Assembly (NCBI GenBank): GCA_044892525.1
Contig: CM097885.1
Span: 49,230,001 to 49,294,000, forward strand
DNA: 64,000 bases
Direction: 5' to 3'
From: Schmidtea polychroa
Lineage: Eukaryota
The notes under the pieces are model-generated. The model was not told where the DNA came from and made no database searches. It was given only the letters and a program-made list of their open reading frames with translations. Position 1 is the stretch's first letter, and every line of letters begins with the position of its first letter. Shown one piece after another: positions 1 through 10,700 of this stretch. The translations under genes and the position numbers were made by a program.

Positions 1-1240
1 AAAGTAATATTTTCGCAATCTTCCAAAAAAGAAGCTATCTTGTTCTGTTCTACTTTCTGTCTCCAATATTGCAGCTTTAATCCAAACGCTAACACTATTT
101 CTCTCGCTGAAATTATATTAATATTCTTTCCTTGCAATTCCTTGTTTAAAATATTTATACTCTCAAAAATATCCGCTAAATATGCGAGATATGCAACCCA
201 GGAAGAGTTTTTAAACTTATCTGCGAGACTATTTTTTTGATCAACCATAAAAATTTCGACTTCAGTTTTGAGAGTCCATACTCGATTTAGTACATTTCCG
301 CGAGAGAGCCACCTTACTTCTGTATAATAAATTAGGTCCGTATATTCAACTTCACCGTCCTGACATAATTCACGATATAGCCGCGTGTTTAGTGTATGTC
401 CCTTGATAAAATTTACAATCTTGATGACATCATGCATGACGGATTCCAGTGTAGGTTCTAAATATTTGACCATAAGGGCCTGGCGATGGAGTAACTTCAA
501 TATTTGGGTTATTTTTTTTACGAAAGCCGAAAAACCATTAATATGACCCAGCATAGCTGGAGCTCCATCCAAAGATACAGAAATATAGTTTTCCCATTTT
601 AAAATTTGCGCATTGAAGTATTCATTTACTTTATTGTAGACATCAATTCAACGAGATCTCAACTCGAGAGGAGAACAAAATTATCTGCACCTTTGTAGCG
701 AACATATACCATTAGCTGTGAATTGCTACTAAAATCAGTTGTCTCATCAAGCTGAATAGCAAAATATTTAGCCTGTTTTAATGCGAAAATAACCTGTTCC
801 TTCACATTTTCTGCTAATATAGAAATTCGTTCTTTCACAATTCTCGCAGACAAGGGCACTGAATTCAGTTTCTTCGCTTCTTTTTGACCACACATAATCG
901 CTGCCATTTTTACAGCAGCTGGTTTAACCAAATCTTCACCAATAGTGTATGGTTTCTTATTTCGAGCAATCAACCAGGCTACTTCAAAGCTAGCCCTTGA
1001 TGCTGAACGCTGATCAAATGTACCAAACAAGTTTCTATTCAATCGTTGTCTTTTAACAGATATTTCTAAATTTGCAAAGTATTCTCGCGGTTTGGAAGAC
1101 AGGTGTGAATGCAAATTATCTAAATGTTTCTTCAATCGACTTTTTTTTAAAGATTCTGAAGTCAGTACCTTCATATTCATATAACACACTGTGGTTTCAT
1201 TGTACCATTGTCTTCTATTTGTGTTGTCTTCATTTTTACC
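1..1240 (-). pseudogene. Degraded hAT (Buster/Charlie, ZBED8/SCAND3-like) transposase, runs off window start
   Basis: ORF 659-1189 has the BED-finger remnant (LKKSRLKKHL), NKKPYTIGEDLVKPAA and FAIQLDETTD. Downstream minus-strand frames read YTEVRWLSRGNVLNRV (~280-330). Broken by stops and frameshifts. Confidence 0.85.
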
Positions 1241-2261
1241 CCATTTGGGGTAATTTACTTCGGTTCCCGGACCGCTGTTTTAGAGAGAACAAAATACGTA
1301 ATTTATCGAATTAACCATATAAATTGAATTTTTGATGGAGATAATAGGGAATTGCAATAAACTTTGAATTAACAAATATATGTTAAACAATTAAACGATA
1401 ATTTAAGCCTTTTGATGTGAAGCATATATAAAAATAGTCCTTTTTCATAGTTAATGCTTAAATTATCATTTAATTGTTTAACATTTAATTAATGCTGCTA
1501 CCTAGAAATCATCACTTTATACTTAACAAATATGTGGTTGTTAAAATAGCATACAAATTATTTGACATTCTGAGGAATTTTATTTGTGGGGAATTAACCG
1601 CAATTGACTCCGTGCATGTTTCTTTCACGACGTTCATGGGTTTCCTATTTACCTATATCAAGTCTATAAGAGTAAAAAGATTACTCCTGTATATAATTAC
1701 GGGTTCATGTGTTATATTAATCATGTAATAGATAATCACAATATTTAAATGACACTAAAAAAGTGAAAGAAAGCCTATTTTTATCTATATTTCGCACATT
1801 ATTTTGTTTTGTTATTTTTTTTTGTTTTCGGCCCACTAAACATTCTAGGATGTTAATGCGATCAACACTGTGATTATAGTTGGGGGCATGGTTTGTTTAA
1901 ATGAGCAATATTTGCTTTAGATAAATAAATTTACTGCCAGTTTTATTCGGTATTTGGAATATACGGTATTTTGCAATTCCTAATTGAAATCTTTTTAATT
2001 TGGTATGTTCTAATTTTTACATATTTAAAAATTTTCCGTTTGAAAATAGTAATTTTGAAATAACAGTTATCAATAACACAATCAAAATGCAAAAAATTAA
2101 TTTTAAAAGAAAACCAAAAAGCAATTGAGCTTTCTAAGCTAAGTTCTGAAATGAATCAAAAAAGATTATATATAACAGGAAATTTCAGCATAATAAATAT
2201 TTATTCATAATTTTCTAATAATATTAATCTTATTTGTAGAGAGTTTAGTTTAAAGTTAAAT

Positions 2262-4238
2262 TTATAAATTAATTATTTTAATTACAGCTGATTCAGGAAT
2301 TTGATAAGTATTTTTCGGTCGACTTCTTTTTTTCCTTAAATAGCACCAATATAAAATGATTAGTGATATAATCAGAATGTTGAGTAGGCCAATGAAAACT
2401 CCGAGAATTGTGGAAATTGTGGCATATAAATGATTCCTGGAATTATTATTATACGGTTATTCCGTTGATCGAGAATTTATGAATTACCTGACTATTTTGA
2501 TGCTTGATCTAAAATAATAATTGTAATTAAATTTTTATTCAATTCTCAAATAATTTCTATTTCATAAATCATATATTAGATGTATTAGAATTCATTAAAT
2601 TTTTCTCTAGCAAATAATAATTTTTACTGGATAATATTTTTTGGGAAAAATTTGTTTATAAGAGTCTACAAAATAAGAATTAATTCATTTTTTTGAATTA
2701 TTAGTTTCTTGTCGTATAAATAATGTGAAAAGTTACAAACAAATTTTTTAATGAAAAATATTTATCAATAATTAAAATGTTTACCACAAATTGCATTAAG
2801 CAGAAAATATGTTGTTTAAATCATCATATACAAAGAAATATCTACGATGATTCTATTTAACCCCTTAACGGTGGGTTTTTAGGAATAGATACACAAAAAT
2901 TTAGACTTTGGTCGGAAAATGCCAAAATATATAGTGTAAGTTACGGATTCAGGTTTATTTTCGCAAAAACTGCAAAAATAATATTTTATTATTCAAATAA
3001 ACATTTTGACTTTAGAGATTGGCAGTTGGGAAAAAAATAAACTTCAAAATTTTTAAATTAATTAATCAGACTCTGTGGTTTGGTCACAAAGTTAGTGGGT
3101 TCGATACCTGGCGGTATCGAGTTTCTAACACGATACTGATAAGCTCAAAATTAGTCTACCATTAGAAATCGCATTGAATAAAGTTTTAAATTTTATTTTA
3201 CTCAGTTTGTCATTCAAAAACCAAAATAAATCATTAAATAATGTAATTGCTTCGATTTCAGTATAAAAACGGTATGGTCTATTACATATTTTAAATAACA
3301 TGTAATTTTATAATTTGAATATTGTTCTTGGAAAATCTCAGACACTACTGTTTGCATAATTACCCATGTAAGTATGTCGGTCATATAATTAAAAAGAAAA
3401 GATTAGTTACTCATAAACATAAATAGCTAATTTCTAAATTAAATTATGTTATAGTGTCGCCGAAGGAAGTCAACTTTAGCAACTGACCTGGCTAATAGGA
3501 TACATACATTTCTGTAAATTGAAAATTTATTCCAAAAAATCATTTTCTTAATTGTTTCTCTTTTTAAAAATGCGCCGTGTTTATATACCTAATTAACTTT
3601 TTTATCCAGCCATGAAACCTATAATAAATTGGCCAGCTGTGTGTGTGTGCGTGTGTTAACTTTGGATACGAGTTGATGTGAGTGACAGTGGGAGTTGGAA
3701 TCATCCAAGTAGGTAATAACTAAATATTGTGGGGTCATCGTGAGTCAAAAACACATAAGCTAATGATAATGTTTATATAATGTTTCAAAGGTAGGATTGT
3801 ACCATTCTCATGGTTAACATTCGTATTGTTATCTATCAGAGTTGCTATTAGTCGGCTGAGAATTGCACAAGTGGATTAAGCTCAGAAATAATGCCTTAAG
3901 GGAACCGGAGCCCAAGATTGTGTATTCCCTGACGATATTAATTTAAAAATGCACTCGTTAAAGTTCGATTTTATAAAACTTGACCTGAATTCATTTTCCG
4001 TGCAGCATTTCTGTTGGCCTTTAGGACCACAACAGAAATCCTTTGCTTTACTTTCAAGATACTCCGGACAGATAAAGTATTGATATGTATTCGTTTTCGT
4101 TCCAACAACTTCCACTTTTGTACCTTCGCAAACTCCATATTTTTCTAATTTTATAAAGTAATTTTATTCAAAATCTTTGATAACTTATCTTTACTTACCA
4201 AGAATACCTAGACTATAAATTGTAATTTGAGATCTCAT
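2262..4238 (-). CDS. Spliced host gene: Shisa-like (six-cysteine, STMC6-type) single-pass membrane protein
   Basis: Exons 4238-4199, 4144-3985, 2508-2488 and 2436-2262 join through GT-AG introns in frame: MRSQITIYSLGILEKYGVCEGTK...YFICPEYLESKAKDFCCGPKGQQKCCTENEFRSSIKIVRNHLYATISTILGVFIGLLNILIISLIILYWCYLRKKRSRPK. This gives a C-C-CC-CC ectodomain, a TM helix and a basic stop-transfer. An extra 3' exon near 1979-1935 is possible. Confidence 0.75.
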
Positions 4239-5913
4239 TTCCGGACCGATATATATTGCAAGAAAATTATTGTCTTTAAAGAGAATACTTTTCTTGTAAT
4301 TACTCCTGGTCATTAAATATCATTTCCTATAAATTTAAAACAACTTACATTCCACCTTTGCGATTGATCACAGCAGTTGATATGAAGTTTTGGCTCACAT
4401 CAGAAAATACAATTTCTACTATAAAATAATAAATTTAATGAAAATAAATAAAAGGAAATTACCAAACGTTAAAAATAGTATTAAAAATAATCTAATTTTG
4501 AAATACATTTATTATGAAAAGTTCATCGGTTATTAAATGTTTATTTAATTAAACAATTCAATTTTTTTTTTATAATAAATGACTAAATAATTTGTTAGAT
4601 TTTTAAGGTTTTAGATATTTAAATAAAGAATTGGAAAATCGATAAATTTAGGGAGAAACAATGAAAATGAGAAATTACCGATAAAGCAAAATAAATGATA
4701 AATAATTTAAGCGAAACAGATGGTTGTTTGAAATTTTACAATTCAAAAATTTAACTAATTATAAAGTTGTTATAATTATATTTCATTTGAAAAGTTTATT
4801 GGAATTTTAAAAATTGTTGGTGCTTGGAGAAGGGCGTGATTTTTAAATATTATAGGGTTGCTGTTAGATTTGTCACCAACTCTTCCCGAAACGCCTTTAT
4901 AATTATTTTAATTTCTACCATCCGTGTATTCATGGCAATAACCATGTTGGTAATGCACATAGCTGGTTAAAATCAATAGGCAAGTGAGCTTCATTACTAG
5001 AACTATTCTTCATTGCATTCACACTTTTGGGTTTATTATTCATTAATAAAATTATTGTTTTTTGATGATCTTCTCTACATGGTCATCATTACTGGATTCT
5101 AATTAATGTTCTTATCTTTCAAAAGAGTGTGGATCTGTCCTTTCTCGTTCTGGTAATATATACATTGGTCTCTTAAATATTCAGTTAAGTTGTTGATGAC
5201 TTTCAAAATTTCCTCTTTAGCATTTGACATTTTTTCTAGAATCGGCTGTTTTATTCCCTTTGGAATTTGTCGAACAGCATTCTGTTTATATTTTTGAGAA
5301 TTTTCCTATCATTGTTTACTCTTTAGAAAATATATTCTAATTCATTTGTCAGAAACCTTCTAACTTTTCCTCGTTGATTTTAGTTGACCTAGGCTACTCC
5401 GATGAACTTCTTCAGATATATGAAAGTTACTAAAATTATCCTTCCTCATAGGTTTGCGACTATGAAACAGAATTTCTCTTGAGCTTAAAGGCAATTATGT
5501 ATCAAGGGGTCAGTCGTTCAGACACCACTTACTGAAAGTTTTTCAGTTACAATCTAGAAAACCCTTTCGTATGTAGATGCAACCATAATTATTTTCTCTT
5601 TTTCTTTATCATTCGGACGCCATGATGGATTTCAAATTCAAAATGGTATATTTTGTTAAAAATATATCGTTAAATTCATTGGTTTTTATTAATATTATTT
5701 TTTTATGTAAATATTTGCTACTTCTTCTGTTTGTCATTTTATTTACATGTATTTTATTATTTTTCTAATTGTGTCTTTATTACTTTATTTTAATTGATGT
5801 ATTATCGTGGATTTTAATTCAACTTTTTGCTATGCATATATATTCGAAACATTTAAACAATTTCTAAAACTTCGGTCCTAGCTCAACATGTCAAATGAAA
5901 AAATAGTTTAAAC

Positions 5914-5990
5914 CAGGGGTGACCAACCCCAATCGCTTGGTGTGCCAAAAAAATATATTTTGAAGTTTAGTGGGCCGCACATATAAAAAA
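5914..5990 (+). mobile_element. hAT/Charlie-type non-autonomous transposon terminus
   Basis: CAGGGGTGACCAACC start with a subterminal GGGCCGCA motif. Partner end not identified. Confidence 0.45.
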
Positions 5991-6662
5991 TTAAAAGTAA
6001 CCGTTAAACAGATCAAACATAATCAAAAAAATAAATTATTTTAATTACATATTTTTATAAAAATAAATAAATTAAAAATTAAATTAGTTTTATTTGCCTC
6101 TTAAAATATTAAATCGATATATAAAATTGTTGGGCTGAAGCCGAGAACTGAGAGTTTGTTTTAATCGATCGAAAATACCTAACACAAAAACCGCAAAGTT
6201 GGAAAATTTATGACCAAGGTTTAATTTAAAATAAATGAAATAAATTACATCACACATTAAGAACCAATAAACCCCGTATAATAGAATAAGAGATAAATAA
6301 ATTTAACAAAAAATTCAACACTTAAAAATTTAAATAGAAAAATAATAAAATATAAAATAGAATTAGTTGAAAATTATTTAAACAATATAAAAATTAAATC
6401 GTCAAAAATAATAAAATTAGTTAGCATTAGATAAATTGTAAAGTTTATAGAATTAAATGGTTATTTAACTTATTAAATTTAAAGAATAAAAATGTTTAAA
6501 TTAATAAAAATTAATATAACTCAAATTATTTAAATTATAAAATTTATAAAATTAAAATTAATAAAAATTAAATAAGAAATTAATTAAATTTATTGAATTA
6601 AAACAAATAAACAATTGCACACACTCATGCATGTATGCAAGACTAATTAAAAATTTCTCGCA

Positions 6663-6712
6663 CTCTGATTGGATAGAGTGGCAGCAAATGCATGAAAAAT
6701 CAGTATAAATAC
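6663..6712 (+). promoter_or_regulatory. LTR promoter: inverted CCAAT box (CTGATTGG) and TATA (TATAAATA)
   Basis: The same CTGATTGG plus TATA arrangement recurs in the related LTRs at ~28724-28760, ~42313-42350 and ~62746-62782. Confidence 0.6.
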
Positions 6713-6995
6713 TGATCACAAATTCATTTAAAAAACCTTTTTCTCTAACATCAAAATTTAGTTGTAGACAGTGAAGCTCTCAGTTTTCGATTTTATGCCA
6801 ACGTGGATTTGGTAATTTATTTTTTATTGTTGTAGTAATTTTACGAGATGATTTAATTTAATATGCAATAAAAATTTTAGTTAAATTTTCTTTTGATATT
6901 TTCTTTTAATTGTTTAATTTCATTTAGTTGCAGGTATTAAATAATAATTTTTATTGTGTTCAATTTTTATACTAACTGATTACGAACGTTAGTAC

Positions 6996-7132
6996 CGCTG
7001 AATTGAGATTCAGCATATCATGGTTTGAGGTACCTTCGGGATGCTCAGACTGGTGGGTATGCTGGTTTTTCAATCGCGCAGCTGGATTGGGCCGGAATGT
7101 GGGGGCTTCCTCACGGGTCCTATCGCTGGAAG
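6996..7132 (+). ncRNA. Conserved structured cis-RNA element (C-UUCG-G capped long hairpin plus second hairpin) in LTR; identical copy at 20140-20276
   Basis: Homologous to 29167-29298 and 63285-63417, with compensatory stem changes. Confidence 0.7.
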
Positions 7133-7696
7133 TACTGTGATCAAATGTAGGTTAGGACTGAGAATACAGGCAGATCCCTGCTCAAATTTTTTGAAGGAAA
7201 ATTTAAATATTATGGGAAGCGTGGATTAATAGAAAAATAAGGGCCGATCCCTGCTCAAATTTTTTGCGAGATAGGTTAAATATTCATAAATATCAAGGAA
7301 AATACCTAGCAACATTTATTAATAGAAGAATAAGGGCGCATCCCTGCTAAAAATTTTGAAAAGAAATAATAGAAAACATCTAGGAATGAGGACCATAACC
7401 GAATGAAATAGAAAAGTAGAAATAGAAAATGATCAATGACGTAAGACCTTCTATCGGCCGTCTAGAACCCGAAGAGAAAATACAATGAGGAGTAGTTTTA
7501 GTAATAGAGCTCACCTGCTCATTGTTTTTTTCGCCTTTGTGTGCAGTACCAACATGGTCGTCGCCATGGGTACACAAATGGTTAAAGTACAATAGTCATG
7601 GAGGTGCTTAGGAAAGAGTCGAGTGAATATATATGATTACCCCTAATGCATTTAAAAATTTAAAACGACACACCCCTAAGTAACCAACATGATTTT

Positions 7697-7716
7697 TGGG
7701 GGCTCAGCCGGGATTT
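7697..7716 (+). promoter_or_regulatory. Primer-binding site, tRNA-Pro-like
   Basis: TGGGGGCTCAGCCGGGATTT, 7 nt after the LTR. Matches the canonical Pro PBS TGGGGGCTCGTCCGGGATTT at 18/20. Confidence 0.75.
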
Positions 7717-10700
7717 AGGTTTATAAATTGTTTTTTTTGGCTGAAAAGTATTAATAAATAATAAATTTTCAAAACTCAAAAATGGCAATTATTCGGAAAA
7801 TTCAACTTCAACTTTACAAGTTTTTTGTTGCAAAGTTTTCAATGTAACCATCATCACAACGTATTTTACAAATTTTGCATTATAACAAATTTAAACAAAT
7901 ACATATAAATAAATTAAATATTTGTAATTAAATGCATTTTAAATTTCTGACTTAACCATTGTTTAATAGATACTAATGAGTCAAATACTGATATCGAAAT
8001 GATTAACTGGTATATACTATATTTTTTATTTGGTTACACATGACTGATTTTTTAATCACCACATTTTTTAGAATTATAGTTCAGCAATGGTATCAAAATC
8101 AATATGTCCAAATTTGATATGGTCATTTTTATGGTTAATTTTATTTTTTATAACATGGCCATTATCATTCATTATAGCTACTCTCGAGGTGTTGTTAGTA
8201 CCATTTTGTGCGTGTTCAAAATGCCAAAAGAATATGTGAAAGACTTGACAGATTATATAAAATTTTAGCTTCTCAACCCATTGATAACATGATAAAAATG
8301 AGAAATTGTACGACAAATAATGCTGATAGTGAAATCACAGCAGATAATGATGATTTACCACCAGAAAAGTGTCTAAAAAAAAAATTAATCGATAAAAAAT
8401 AGCAATGCACAAACTTACCAGTGTGCAAAAATTTAATGTTCCGAGTGTTGAGAGTTTACGCGGGCAGAAAATTTTGGATGGATTTTATATATCTCTCTCA
8501 GACTACCACACACACGTGCATCTTGTTGAGATCGTTTGTTTTGGCCTTTGAGCGGTGTGACTGTTGTTGTGTGCTTGTCGTGTTTCAGTTTTGAGATTTT
8601 AATTTATGATTTTCGTTTGTGTTGCATTTATAAAAATGAATCATATGTATCGTTAAATTTTTGACTCAAATTATTATTAATGTATCTTTTGTTGTTAATT
8701 GTGTATTTATTTTTGACGCTGACAATCATTCTTGTAAATAGAAAATTTTTATATATTATTTTAAAACAAAAAACCGGTTATGTAGTCATTAATAAATTAA
8801 ATTTTTATTTTTTATTTTATTGATTTTCAAAAGGCGTTAGCTAAAATATCAATGTAATGAATCTAATTTGAATATTGACACTATAAATGTTATACCAACA
8901 TTAAACTGTTTCTGAAATCGGTATAAACGTGTTTATAATTCCTAAGCAGCTATAAAAGGTAATTAGAACTGCGCTTCTAGCGTTAGCTTGTTAGTATTTG
9001 ACGACTGGTGTGGTGATGCATAGTCAATGAATTTTTTTTTATGCTTTTAAGTCTACCGCTGGCGTTGTTGAATGATTCAAAATCAAGATTAAAGGCTGAA
9101 AATATTTGCCGACAACACCGGCTGTCTGTTATCAACTTGAGATATCTTGTTAGGGTGTTGTGCTCTCTCGCCGATTACGTGGTTATTGTGAGCGTAAGTA
9201 CCGGCAATTCCGGTGTGCGAATTTGTGTGACATGACATGTCACAATTTTGTCACAGCAAATATTGAAATGTCTGTTAAGTGCAGGCAGGATGATTGGCAT
9301 AGTCGAGACAATTATATCAAAGAACTGTCGGCTAGTGTTATTTGAACAGCAATACAACCGGAACAGGCTTGCTACTTCAGGTAATGAATAATAAATAAAT
9401 ATCCACATTGCGTCTTATCGGTTTAGCGTCTTTCTCAACAAATATTGATGATTTATGAATCGCAGAGCGGTTGTCGTATTATGCATGCTGGTACGGATGT
9501 GATTTGGATGATTGCTGTGATGTTCAGATGAAATTGAAATTATATGAGATTAACAAAACGAAAATGGAATTTGTTTTTTATTGAATGTAATATGTCTATC
9601 AATTGGAATAATAATTCGAACATTTACTTTTGGAAATGATGCTGGAAATTTGATTAGTTCTTCAATTCATTGTAATTTCTCTCGGTTCGTTTCGTTGTTG
9701 TTGTCGATGTCGAGTAAAACTTTGAGCGACTATCAAATCTTACATGCAAAACCATCAATGAATATCCATTTGAATTTTTTCCCACATCAAATCCATCAAT
9801 GCGTTGATAGTCAGTTTATTTTTCTGATATTCTGGATTTAGGTGTAGTTAGTGAAGGTATGTAATCTCGGTAATGTACTCATTTCCCCAAAGCACATTTA
9901 ATTATCATAAATGAGACATTCATTTAGCTTTGCCAAATAGGCTTTGTTTTGGATTTAGTTAATTTTAAGATTTTTGTAAAAATAATGAATAAAGAAGTAA
10001 GATATTTATTTATTTGTTCTGATGTGCATTGAATTCTTCATGGTTTATCTAAAATATCAAGAATCTTTAATATGATTGTTTATGTGATCGAGTGATGGCC
10101 GAGTGGTGGTTGGTGTGTCGGCTTCTGTTGCGCCGTGGGTTTGTTCCGGTGGATTGTTTCTTTATTTTCAAGAGAGCGGCTTGGAATGGTTATATATATT
10201 CTTTCATTGATTTTGTGGACTTTACTAATTAAATCTTTACTAATTAATGTTTTATAAGTATTTTAAAATTCAGTTTTCAATAAAATTATGTATGGCTTTC
10301 TATTTTTGATAAATTAGTTAGGATGAGACGGAGGGTTGTCAGATTTGCATGCATGGAAATGATCATTAATTATGTTACTATGGCATTTTGTACTTGTATA
10401 TAAATTTATATGCACTTAAATAATTATTGTTAGTCAGTAATGGGATAATCAATGTATTGTTTTTGTGGGTACAAATAGAGATATTCTTCGTTGATTAAAT
10501 TGCATTGGAATGATGAATTACTAGTCTGTTTTGAGTATTGTTGTGGAATGATTGTTCTGACTCGTGATAATATTTATGTTATAAAACTATGAAATGTGAA
10601 TTTTTGAACAAATACTGCCAAATTGGTGAATGAATGTAGTGATGGTCTTCGTAGTATGGAAACTTCTTGGAAGGTACACTGATAGAGGAAGAATTAATAG

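Larger units (their letters stand above)
6128..7689 (+). repeat. 5' LTR (1562 bp)
   Basis: TGTTGGGCTGAAG...GTAACCAACA. No differences from 19272-20833 seen by eye; the ORF track shows identical spurious ORFs at offset 13144. Confidence 0.95.

Noticed and set aside
3075..3125. tRNA/SINE B-box (GGTTCGATACC)
   Set aside because: No convincing A-box or cloverleaf.
4820..5480. Possible decayed non-LTR retrotransposon RT fragment on the minus strand
   Set aside because: Coding-like composition, but too degraded to recognise motifs confidently.
6996..7132. Known ribozyme or rRNA fragment
   Set aside because: No CUGANGA/GAAA hammerhead core or HDV nested pseudoknot could be fitted by eye. The GCCTTCGGGA resemblance to rRNA is only a UUCG tetraloop.
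7041..7229. 62-aa ORF repeated at 20185
   Set aside because: Overlaps the structured RNA. Homologous LTRs conserve base pairing, not the reading frame.
10088..10150. tRNA-like sequence (TGGCCGAGTGG A-box)
   Set aside because: B-box is degenerate and there is no cloverleaf; at most a decayed tRNA or SINE head.
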